Shown piece by piece: positions 24,613 through 43,082 of a stretch of DNA of 64,000 nt. How positions within the stretch are numbered: the stretch's first letter is position 1; each line of letters opens with the position of its first letter. Origin of the DNA: the human T2T-CHM13v2.0 reference genome, Homo sapiens; the NCBI RefSeq assembly GCF_009914755.1, contig NC_060930.1. One strand, 5' to 3'. The notes beneath the pieces were generated by a model. It ran no database searches. It was not told where the DNA came from and saw only the letters and a program-made list of their open reading frames with translations. Both the position numbers and the translations under genes were made by a program.

Positions 24613-25581
24613 TGTGGGGAAAAGAAAGAGAGATCAGACTGTTACTATGTCTATGTAGAAAGAAGTAGACATAAGAGACTCCATTTTGTTCTGTACTAAG
24701 AGAAATTCTTCTGCCTTGAGATGCTGTTAATCTGTAACCCTACCCCCAGCCCTGTGCTCACAGAAACATGTACTGTGTGGACTCAAGGTTTAATGGATTT
24801 AGGGCTATGGAGGATGTGCTTTGTAAACAAATGCCTGAAGGCAGTATGCTTGTTAAAAGTCATCACTATTCAGTAATGTCAAGTACCCAGGGACACAAAA
24901 CACTGCGGAAGGCCGCAGGGACCTCTGCCTAGGAAAGCCAGGTATTGTCCAAGGTTTCTCCCCATGTGATAGTCTGAAATATGGCCTCGTGGGAAGGGAA
25001 AGACCTGATAGTCCCCCAGCCCGACACCCATAAACGGTCTGTGCTGAGGAGGATTAGTAAAAGAGGAAGGCCTCTTTGCAGTTGAGATAAGAGGAAGGCA
25101 TCTGTCTCCCGCTTATCCCTGGGCAATGGAATGTCTTGGTGTAAAACCCAATTGTATGTTCCATCTACTGACATAGGAGAAAACTGCCTTAAGGCTGGAG
25201 GTGAGACATGCTGGCGGCAATACTGCTCTTTAATGCACCAGATATGTTTATGTATGTGCACATCAAAACACAGCACATTTTCTAACCTTGTTTATGACAC
25301 AGAGACGTGAGTTTGTTCACGTTTTCCTGCTGACCCTCTCCCCACTATTATCCTATTGTCCTGCCACATCCCCCTCTCTGAGATGGTAGAGATAATGATC
25401 AATAAATACTGAGGGAACTCAGAGACTGGCGCCAGCGCAGGTCCTCCATATGCTGAGCCCCGGTCCCCTGGACCCACTTTTCTTTCTCTATACTTTGTCT
25501 CTGTGTCTCTTTCTTTTCTCAGTCTCTCATCCCACCCAACAAGAAACACCCACAGGTGTGGAGGGGCAGGCCACCCCTTCA
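24613..25581 (+). mobile_element. HERV-K(HML-2) solo LTR, LTR5B-like, inside a MER20-like element in GSTA2 intron 1
   Basis: tgtggggaaaagaaagagagatcagactgttac...ggggcaggccaccccttca, 969 bp; 6-bp TSD GGGATG at 24607-24612 and 25582-25587. Confidence 0.92.
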
Positions 25582-26226
25582 GGGATGCTTAGAAATATCC
25601 TAGAGTGGGCAGGACAGATCTCCGTTCAAAGAATTACACAGTTCGCAGCAACAGTCAGAGCCTCTTTCTTAGCTATTCTCTATATTGGCCATGAGTTGGT
25701 AGTACTCCAGAGACAGAATATGACTTGTCGTCGAGCTAATTAGTGGCAGAGGCTCAACTAGAATCTAGTCCTCCTAACATTCAAACTAATTTTTTCTAAT
25801 TATAATAAACCTTAGTTTTGAATTTTCACAGCCAATATAGAATTACAGTGTCACAATTTACAATTGTGTGTTGACTATATATATAAAGAAATTTTTGCAT
25901 ACATTGCCACTTCTTCCAGCACTGATTATTCTCAGATTGTTTAAAATGCTACCATTTCTTTTTTCTCCTCATGTCATTGTTTCCCATACCTTTAAATGCT
26001 GAGGCCCTGGTTTTCTAAACTCTTCATTTTTACATTTCTGTAAAGATGTATCCAACAGAAAAGAAATAAACAGTTCTTGAACTGTCACCCAAACACACCA
26101 AGATGGCATGATATGAGTAAAAACAAACTTTTTCTTGTGCTAAGGACACATATTAGTGTATTTTTCTAGGAGGCTAGAGAGGAGGGTGTGAGGCAATGTA
26201 GAGAGATTTATAAGATCAGTACTTAC

Positions 26227-26262
26227 TTTGTTAAATGCTGTCACCTTTGTGGCTGGACAACC
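26227..26262 (-). other. GSTA2: GSTA2 non-coding exon 1 (5' boundary approximate)
   Basis: GTAAGT donor at 26221-26226; TATA box just upstream; homologous segments precede both pseudogenes. Confidence 0.8.
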
Positions 26263-26280
26263 GAATTCCAGGTCCTAATG

Positions 26281-26288
26281 TATTTATA
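26281..26288 (-). promoter_or_regulatory. GSTA2 TATA box (TATAAATA)
   Basis: tatttata on the plus strand, about 20-30 bp upstream of exon 1. Confidence 0.8.
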
Positions 26289-26432
26289 AGCTCTTTGTTC
26301 CTCTCAATAGTTCCCTCCCACTGAAAGAAGGGTCAAGTTAGGGAAAAGCCACTCCCACACATTTCATGGCCAAGGGGCCACCTACTGGATTCTAAGACAT
26401 GAGGCAAGTGATCTGCTTATCAGAAGACACTG

Positions 26433-26445
26433 GTTAATATGTTCC
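26433..26445. promoter_or_regulatory. HNF1-like site in the GSTA2 promoter
   Basis: GTTAATATGTTCC matches the GTTAAT half of the HNF1 consensus, about 170-185 bp upstream of exon 1; identical at 9248-9260 and 51544-51556. Confidence 0.65.
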
Positions 26446-26646
26446 TTTTCAAGGTTGGTAATCAAAGTTTAAACAATACATTTCACCTAGATTTTGCTCT
26501 TTTTGCAAGTCAGCAGAAACTGGCTTTTTAAAGATACTTTTTTTCATGAGTTGGATGCAAAGACTAGGGCAACTGAAAAAACCCTATTGTGAGCATAGCT
26601 GGGAGAGGATGTCTGTGAAGGGCAAGCTGATGCCACCGTTTTCTTA

Positions 26647-26839
26647 CTGGGTTGCCAAATAAAATATAGGACATCCATGTAAATGTGAATTTCAGGCAAA
26701 CAATCAACAATTTTTTAGTTATAGCTATGTTCCAAACACGGTATGAAACCAGATTATACTGAAATATTATTTATCGTTTACCTGAAATTCACATTTAGGT
26801 GGGTATCCTGCATTTTATCTGACAAATCCGGGAACCCTA
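26647..26839. mobile_element. MER53-like palindromic MITE upstream of GSTA2
   Basis: ctgggttgccaaataaaatataggacatcc...aaatccgggaaccct. Confidence 0.65.
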
Positions 26840-29828
26840 TTTGCATATGCTATCCTCTTTGCGTCACTCAAATTGCCCATAATATAACAAATATGAAAGT
26901 ATCCATCACCTGGATTCATCAATTGCAAATATTCTTTCTTCATCTACACCATGTAGGGGGTTATGTTGGACCCCAAGAAAGACAGGTCCATATATAAATC
27001 CCTAGATCCTGTGAACTTGATCTTATTTGGAAAAAGGCTCTTTGCAGATGTAATGAAGTAAAAGAATTTGAGATGAGATCATCTTGGTATATCTGGATAG
27101 GCCCCAAATCCAATGACAATTGTCCTCACAGCAGAGAGAAGAGAAGACACAACACACAGGGGGTGAGGTGCAGGAAGACAGAGGCAGAAATTAGAGTGAT
27201 GTGGTCATGATCCATGAAAGTCCAGAAAGGCCAAGAGCCCCCCGAAACTAGAAGACGCAGGGAAGGATTCCTGGAAATCACTTCTAATCCAAACACGCTG
27301 GCACAATGACACACCAGGGAAAAATAATTTTAAATATAGTTACTTATACGTAATTCACATATACCATCTGTATCTTCGCAGCCAGGCCTGAGTGGCACTG
27401 AACGAACTGAGGGAAGGCTTATGCCCGGGTCCCCACAGAGCCTTAAGGAGGAGAGTGAGGATGAGCCAGGAGCACATGCACTGTAAGGGATGACAAGTTG
27501 GCCTGAGAGCAGAGGGTGGGTCTGTTTGCTCTTCAATATTTCCTCACCTCCTAGAAAACTGAGGGATCCATAGCAGACAGAAAGGTTGTTTGAAAATGCA
27601 TAAGAAAAAGTGTTTTCATGAGAAATAAAATGGATGTCAAGGAAAAAAGAAAATTTCATTTTGCCATTCCCCAGAATGATAACTGTTTTCTTGTGCAGAA
27701 TGTCAGAAGTAAATTTCTATACATGAGTTTTTGATAGGCAATTTCACAAATGTTGCAGGACAATTCTTGAAAAAGTCAAACAAACCACATAGTCTACATT
27801 GTACTTTTTACTAAATTTTTAATTCCAAGAAAATTTATGGGCAGTTCGGAAATCTGATTTCATATCAGATACTAATGAAAAGAAATCAATTTTAACTAAA
27901 TCTGGTCATAGGCATTTTACTATGTAATTAGCATACAATTTTTAAAAAGTTTATTAACTTCACAATAGCCACAACCAACATTTAGATAAAGCAATTTATT
28001 GTTGCAAAACTTTAGAATATTGGTATTGCATGTTCTTGGCATCCATGCCTGCTTTATCAAACCTTGAAAATCTTTGTTGCTTCTTGTAAACCTTTTGCAT
28101 CTATGGGAAGCTTCCTCAGGCTGCCAGGCTGCAAAAACTTCTTCACTGTGGGGAGTTTGCTGATTCTGATTTTCAGGGCCCGCAATGCACAAAGCACAGC
28201 CTCAGAGTGAAGCCAAGGACTGACACCACCATTAACACAACCCAGGGAATCTGCGCCCCTCCTACACAAAGACCAACTAAGTTCCCTCTATCAGCACCAG
28301 TAGGGAGGCAGAAAGAGACACTACGTGAGAAATGAAGATAAGAGGAAGAACATGCAGCTCACTAGCATTTTCCCAAAAAATGTCTTTAAGACTTTATTCA
28401 GTTCAGTCTTCCTACCCTCTTCCTTACACATGAATCTTGTAGATTCATGGCTCTTGTAGAAGATGAGAAAGAACAATGTGCCTGTGAGATATCAGCACAG
28501 ATCAGTCTCTAAGCAGAAGAAGTGAAGATATGGGAAAATTGAGTTAGAAATGAAAATAGAAAATGTTAAAGTCAAACCATGGGGCCACTTTTTCCCATAG
28601 AGAGATATAGCTTTCGGGGACAGCGTGTTGGGAGAGCTGTGCACAAGGAACTCAGTTATCTGACAGCAGGAGCCAGAGCATAAGGAAGGAACCAGATGGA
28701 AAGGGCCCTGCTCAGACACACTTGGTGTGGGAAGATAAGGGCATATTGGGATAAAGGGCATCACAGAGAACTCAGGAACAGAAACCACAGTGAAATAAAG
28801 GGATGAGGAGAGATGCTGGGCCCTGGGTCCTTGGCATTATAAAAAGCGAAATATTCTTGGGGTAGCATGCACATCAGATTTCCTTGGCATAACAAGAAGG
28901 CATTTCCATGCCTCAGAATCAGGACTTGGAAGCTCATTTTGGAGACCTGGGGGGCCCTGAAGACCTGGAGAAGGCTGAGGTCAGAATGTGGCCAGTCCAA
29001 GGGCCCAGATACTAGATCCCAAGATGGGAGATGAGGAGCTGCCTCTTGAGGACTGGGAAATGGGTCACCTTTAGCACAGGGAAGTTGGAGATGAGGCTGG
29101 AGTCAGGCTCTTCCACGTGGTAGAGAAGTTTGACCAGGTGAATGTCAGCCTGGCTCAGCTTGTTGCCAATGAAGTAGTCTTGTTCATGGCTCTTCAACAC
29201 CTGGAGAATCAGAGGAATCAGATCAGGAACACATGTGCAATGAGGCTGGGGCCTCTGCTTCTCCCTGAGTTTGTCCAGGCTGACTCTCCCTCTCCCACCT
29301 CTGCTTCCTTACTGGGCAGGTGCAGAGATCCAGACCTTTCTCCATGTTACCTGATTCAGTGAGAGAGTAAGAAGTGTGGCTCTGCTCACTCCTTGTTTGG
29401 AGCCCAGGCTCCCATTTTCTCTTCTCATTCCACATCACTATGGCATCCACAGCACCCACCCAGCTTGCAACTTCCACATGGGCCAGGGGCTTATCCCCTG
29501 CTGCAGCCTGTTCTGTCTGCCCCAGGCCCTACAGTGTGCATCCCTGATGTTCAATGGCTCTACACACTCTCTCTCCAGTCTCTCTTGGGCAGCGACTCCA
29601 CCTTCATGACAGCACTCTTCTCCCACGAGTAGACTATTTCAGAATCCTCATTTCTCCTCATCTGCCCTCCTCATTTCCTGCTCTGGGATCTGAAATAAGC
29701 CTGGGTGAACTTTAATTCATCCTCTTTCTTGCAATGGTGGTTCTTACTGCTTTGACTATGTTATAATCTGCATGCCACTGTGTCCCAGGGTGAACTGCAA
29801 AGATGTCTGCAACTTACTTTGAAATGCA

Positions 29829-29829
29829 C

Positions 29830-29861
<32 letters not shown>
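29829..29861. repeat. (TAA)n microsatellite
   Basis: About 10-11 perfect aat units. Confidence 0.9.
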
Positions 29862-29863
<2 letters not shown>

Positions 29864-30386
29864 TGTTTGAGTGAGGCAAACAGGGGTGGAGTGACTGACA
29901 CGTGATAAATCAAAGATAAAAGGTTAACTTTGCTCTTTAGATCCTTGGTGTATATATGTTCATAAAACATTTCTTTGGACTACACTAGGTGTATTCATTT
30001 TTAATAATACAATTTTTGACTGATATATGATATTTATTAAAATATCTCAGCACATTGACATCATAAATAATAAAAAGAGAAAACATGGCAACATTGATTT
30101 AAGATAATATTTTGGCAAATACATTTTCACACTATGTATACATACAAACGTATAGATAATGACTTGGTACACAAACAAAACAACTTCAATGCTATATTGT
30201 AATATACATTGTTCAAATGCACATATCACAGGCTATTTGGTAGAACTCGTAGTATTCTTATTCACAGTCTATTTTTATACCATGCCTTGAGAGTCAGGTG
30301 CTCCATTAACATCAAGGAAAGCTTTTTGGAAGTGAAGGTCAATGCCCCAAAAATACACAGGTACTATTTTATTTTTCTGTTGCCTT

Positions 30387-30780
30387 GTGTTATGGACTGA
30401 ATGTTTATGTTTCCCAAAAATTCATATGTTGAGATCCTGACCCCCAAATCTTTAGAAAAGATCCCTAAAAAATATATTCTTTCAAGCCATTAGTAGGTGG
30501 GGGTTTCAGGAGATGATCAAGTCATGGGGGTGGAGCTCTTATGAATGACATTAGTTCCCTTATAAAAGGGATCTTAGAGAACTCCCTTGGCATGTTTGCC
30601 ATGTGAGGACATAGCCAGAGATTGGCTGTCTATGAACCAAGGAACAGGTGCTCCCCAGATGTAAAATCTGCTGGCACATTGATCTTGTACTTCCCAGCCT
30701 ACAGAGCTGTGAGATAGAAACATCTGTTCTTTAAGCTACCCAGTCTATGGTATTTTGTTATTGCAGCCAAACTGCTAAGA
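30387..30780. mobile_element. MLT1A/MST-like MaLR LTR
   Basis: tgttatggactgaatgtttatg...attcatatgttgag...aagctacccagtctatggtattttgttattgcagcc. Confidence 0.7.
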
Positions 30781-31890
30781 AATCCTCTAACCTCTTAGTG
30801 CCCTTATAGACTAAACAGCTTCTATCATGACCCTTACAACAGTCAAATACACCAGCATTGGTCAATAACTGCCAGCTTCCCTAATTTTTGCCTCTATTTT
30901 CAATTTATGACCAACCACAGAAAGCAAAATATGGATCTCTGACTAATCCCATAGAAATCCACACTTCTAGTTAGCCAGCTTACAGCATCCCTAGGCCAGC
31001 AACCTGCAATCAGGACATAACTTTTTCTACCATGAATCTCTCAGACTTTCCTGCCTACCTCTGAATCTCTGACAAATGCAAGTGATGGTGGCTGACTTCC
31101 TTTCTATAGCAAGCTCTGTATAAACACCTTTTGCTTATTCTCATTTGGATTGTCTTCACTTCCACAGTTTTTCTGGAGGTTTCAACAAGACATGGTCTAT
31201 GTTGCCCATTGCCATGGACCCCAGCCGTCAACCAGGTTCAGTATTCACAAATGCTCCTTATCCCTTGTGGTAAGCCCACACCTGGGCTGAACTCTTTTCT
31301 CTTTGCACTGAGCTCTTTGACTTTATTCTCAGGTTGGTCCTTGGTTTTGGTATTGGTTCTCATCTGCTTAGCATCCTTTGTAGAATCAGGATTTTCTTTT
31401 CATTTCTTTTGTAGTCTTTTGTGTTACTGTTTTTTGTCATGTGATCTAAAGGTGTTGTTTGTCATAAAAGAAGCAGCATAAGAGCAGAGGCCCAGGAGCC
31501 TGTTTTTCAAGATAGCCTCACAGTACATTAAGTTCGAGGTTCTCATTGGACCCCTTTCCATTTGTACAAACTTTGCTGTGGGTCATCCTTAAAACCAAAT
31601 GAAGTTCTTCTCTCTTGATTTTTGGTTCTTGTTCTGCAAACTTGGCAGTGATCCAGACAGAAACATCACAGTTTCCACTTGAGGCAGAGTATTGACTGTG
31701 ACTTTAGATTTACTTTATCCTTGTTAAGTGGTAATCCATATATCAGACTGAATAATTCTCTATTGTAGTTTTGAAGCTCAAATCACGTAGCCACTAAGAA
31801 GCTGAAGAAATGCCTAGGGCGAGATCTGGGGAAGGCCTGGACAGGCCACCCTCCAAGAAGCTCCATGTGTTTAGTTATCCAGAAGCTCCC
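30781..31890. mobile_element. probable old ERV LTR plus internal fragment (family uncertain)
   Basis: Absent from the paralogous introns; LTR-like ataactgccagcttccctaattttt...ctagttagcc, then ...cacagtttttctggaggtttc resembling an LTR/internal junction. Confidence 0.4.
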
Positions 31891-32858
31891 AGGTACGGTT
31901 TCAAAGACAGGGAAATAATGGCTTGTTGTTCCCTCTTTGATCAGGGCAAGCTTTGCATCTTTTTCCTCAGGTGGATGCAATGAGCAATGAAGAAGCTTTT
32001 CACTCAAACCTGCCCTACCTTCTATATACATATCGACCCTGTAAGACAAAAATAACCAAACTGCTGAGTGCCTTCTGCCTTAGATTTTATGTTTAAACAC
32101 TTGAGACCGTGAAGCTTTAGGTGACAGGAAATTAATTCAGCTCCACTGCGTGCCTTTTATATGCTAGTCATTAGGCTATGATTTTTATAAATATATTTAC
32201 ATTTATTTCTCAGAACACTCTACTGTGATAGATTTATATCTAAAATGTTTGTTTTACACATGACCAAATACAGGTACAAGAAACATCGGTGACCTGTCCA
32301 GTGTCACAGTCATGAGAGAAATTAGTGGAATCACTGCAAGTAACCACTGATGCTACAAATAGGGTTTGCTCACTCTGCTGTGGTTTGTTTTACACATAAG
32401 CTTAGCGTGATTCATATGGCTAAAGCCCTGCCATTTACATAATCCCAAGACAGCCTCCCCAGCACAGTGATCTCGAACGTGTCTGTTTTCCTCTCTCATC
32501 ATACTACAAATCCCAGGCTCACTTTTATGCCCAATATTAGAAGTTCTTAAAAAAGAAAAAATTAAAATAAATAAAGGAAAAACTAGGAAATAAGGTATGT
32601 TTTTAAAAGATATCCCTAAAAATATATATTTTTTCAAGCAAGCTACTAATTTTCAAAAAAAAAAAGGAGTTCTCTCAATTGTTTTCCACAAAACATTGTT
32701 CCATTACCTTCTCCACATGATATTGGCCAATTCTAGTCATGATTGTGTTTCAAGACCTCACCTAATATTCCCATAGTAACATGGGAAAATTGTTTACATG
32801 GGAAAATTGGTAAACATGGTAAAATTATTCATATAGTTAAAGCCAGTGCATAGCATAG

Positions 32859-33202
<344 letters not shown>

Positions 33203-33564
33203 AATACTTTTAAAATAACAGCTGTATTGACAAGTATTCACATACCATAATTGCCACCCCTTTATAGAATATTATTCAGTAATTTGTAGTACATTTACAG
33301 AATTCTGCAAATACTATCTCCGTCTAATTCCAGAACATTTTTATCATCTGGGAAAGCAGTAGCACGTGCTTTGACAGCCATTTCCCATTGCCCCCTTTCT
33401 CCATCCCCTGTCAACAACTGATTTGCTTTCTGGACTCAAATGGTCTGGATGGTTCATACAAAAGAATTCATGTCACATGTGGCCTTTGGTGTCTGGTTTC
33501 TTTTACAGCACATGTTTTCAAGGCTCACCAATGTTGGAGCATGCATCAGTACTTCATCCCTTTT

Positions 33565-40150
<6,586 letters not shown>

Positions 40151-41297
40151 CTTCATCCCTTTTCATACCCCAAGAATATTCCATTGTCTCCTACAGCACA
40201 TCTTGTTCCTCCATTCATCCATGGGTGGACATTTGGGTTGTTTCCACCTTTTGCATATCATGAATAATTCTCCTATGAACACTTCTGTGCATGGATTAGT
40301 AAGGATGTGTTTTCCTTTCTCCTGGATGTAGACCTGGTAGTGGAATTGCTAGGTCATTGGTAACTCTATATTGGACTTTTCAAGGAATGGCCATCAAGGG
40401 AGGAGACCCCTCCTCCCAGCTTTGCTGATGCAAAATCAGTCTGGCTGCTTAGGTCTGTATCAAATGCTGCACTTAGGTAAGCCTAGTATCTTGGGCACCA
40501 GCCTCTCAAACCTTAGTCAAGTTGACCAGTTAATACAACTGGCTGGAAACTTAGGTTCCTGGTCACCATTCTTGGAATTACTGGAACCTGAGATTCAGCT
40601 CCTTTGCAGCATTCTCTCCCCAGGCCTTCATCTACCGACTCTCAAACATTCTATGCCTTGTCCTAAGCTGTTGGCTGGAGTCCAGCCTCTGAAGTCCTGA
40701 GCACCTGGAATCATGATTCCCCATCCTCCTGAGTTCATGGTTCATCAGCGTTTGGAAACCTCTGTCAGGGTGCTGGATCCATAGGCTGCATTGTCTTCTA
40801 GAATCACACTCGCCTGAACCCTCCCCATATTCACTCTTTTCTCATCTCCATGGGACTCTGCAATACTGGACACAAGCATATATGCCCAAGGCCCAGCCTG
40901 CTGCTAGTTATGATGCTCCTTCAACAGTCCTGCCCACTCACAGAAGGACCTAAATCACTCTGTGTTCTCTGTTGATTGAAGAACAGAAAATATACTATAT
41001 GGGGCTCTCTCCTTTATGTCTTTCCCACACAGGTTGTATTTGCTGGCAATGTAGTTGAGAATGGCTCTGGTCTGCACCAGCTTCATCCCGTCAATCTCAA
41101 CCATTGGCACTTGTTGGAACATGAAACTCTCATCTTTAGAAAATAGAAAAAAAAAAGGCAGAGTGAAATTTCTATGAATCCCACCCTTTCAGGATGAAAA
41201 AGTGGTTGTGGAAATGACTAAATGTATAAAATGAAAAAAAAATTGCCTGGCAACTGTTCAAATGAAATAGGAATTTGTTTTTAGCTTCTGGAAGTGC

Positions 41298-43082
41298 TTT
41301 TTTTCATTTATAAATGTTTATTAAATGTCAGTAATTTTTACAAAGCAAATATTTATAGCAAGAGGCAAGTGTTTTGCAAAATATGTACAAAAGTAAAAAG
41401 CTGTAATGAACTAGCAATTCATTTTATAAAATCAAACCATTCTCTCCACTTTTAGACCTCCTTTAGAAAAAATTTGTTGTCCATCCTGAACTAAAGCACT
41501 GACAAAAAAATTTACAATTATCAGATAATGTGCTTAGTTCCTGGAAAGTTATAAAAAGATATATGTAAAAAAAAAACCCTAAACCACAAGTATTTTATAG
41601 AGCTAATACAAATCATGTTTTGTTAAGTACAGTATCTATGGGATTATTACAAAATATACTTTTCTATAAGGCTTCTTGTGGTAAATGTGCTCTCACCAGA
41701 GTAGTATAGAAAAGCCATTTCAAATGTTTTGCGATTCTGCCTTCAAGTAAGAGGTAAAAGGTAAATGCCATAGTTTGTTGCGCTGTTGCATATACTTTGC
41801 AAGAATTAATCTCTACCCCTTTCTTTCCTAGTACCATCAAATAGGCATGATTAAGTACAAATGTATCACTTACTATGGCAAGAAATATTATAAACAAACC
41901 AAATATTATAAAACAAGCCAAAGTCACATACCAAGTAAGTTGTACATGACTTTCAGTGATATTCACCGACTGAAACATTTATGCATAGTGAGTTCCAGCA
42001 TACTCTGATCCATCTGTAAACTTTCATCAACAGCAGATTTGTATAGGTCACAAAACTCTCCTCATCAAGACATAAAATATTGCCATATCATTCATGCTTT
42101 CAAAACAATGATCCATATAAGCTCTTGCATTTGAAACCAGGTATTTAGACCTGAATGCTGCAAGAGTGAACATAACTTAAATGCTAACTATACATTCAAG
42201 TACAGACATAAGAGTGCTAGTGGTACAAACACTGTACTTCAAATAATGTTGTTAATCACCTACCAGCCTAAGGCTAGTATCTACTTGATGGAACTTGAAA
42301 AAGCCACAAAGTCCAACTTGTTTAAAATGTTCAGACATAGACTTATACTTAAAGCTCTAGTATACATTTATTAAGCCCTAACCTCGTACCATAAAAAAAT
42401 GGGCATGTGCTATATTTGGGACATGCAGACACACCCACGCCCACCCACAATCTCTCCCCTCCTCCTGTTTACTAGACTGAAAAGCCACCCTGTATCCTAT
42501 CATTAAAAAAAAAAAAAAACAGTGCTTTTAGTCAAGCAGCACAACACAAGGACGGATCATCTGTGATTAACAGAAGAGAACACCTTAAAATAATGGGGGA
42601 GAGACAAATTAACTAGGTACTAAGTCAGATTTCCAAGTGAAAAAGACATGAGCAAAACTTCTGGTCTTAATTCCTCAAATAAAATGAAAATAAATAAAAT
42701 GGTAACAGAGTGACTTTCTCTAAATTTTTTAGGGAGTTTGTTACAAACCTTTGGGCTTTACAGGCATGATTTCATGGATTCAAACACGAAATTAACACTG
42801 ATATTTAGCCTTCTCATGACACACACAGAAATACCATTGCTGCAAATTGCAATGGAGCGAATCTTGTTTCAAATGGCTTAGTTTGGGGTTTTGTCTAAAT
42901 GTATCATTATATAATGAAAGCACCAATTAGAGGGTTTCTCAAATAGTGATTTGAATTTTAGGACATAACAGTATAACATGGTAGCTTTATTCTTCATATA
43001 TAAACAAGGCATAATTGGATGTGTAATATGCTGAAAATACATTTTATCAAAAGCATAAATACAAGTATTTGGGTACACATTG
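41298..43082 (-). pseudogene. probable 5'-truncated processed retrocopy of an unidentified mRNA 3' UTR
   Basis: 1.8-kb AT-rich insert absent from the three paralogous introns; minus strand ends AATAAA-catttataaatg-A(n); no TE motifs recognised. Confidence 0.65.

Noticed and set aside
11061-25581. The two HML-2 LTRs as the ends of one provirus carrying GSTA2
   Set aside because: They are in opposite orientation, differ in subfamily sequence and have different TSDs (AGAGG vs GGGATG), and there is no gag, pol or env sequence between them.
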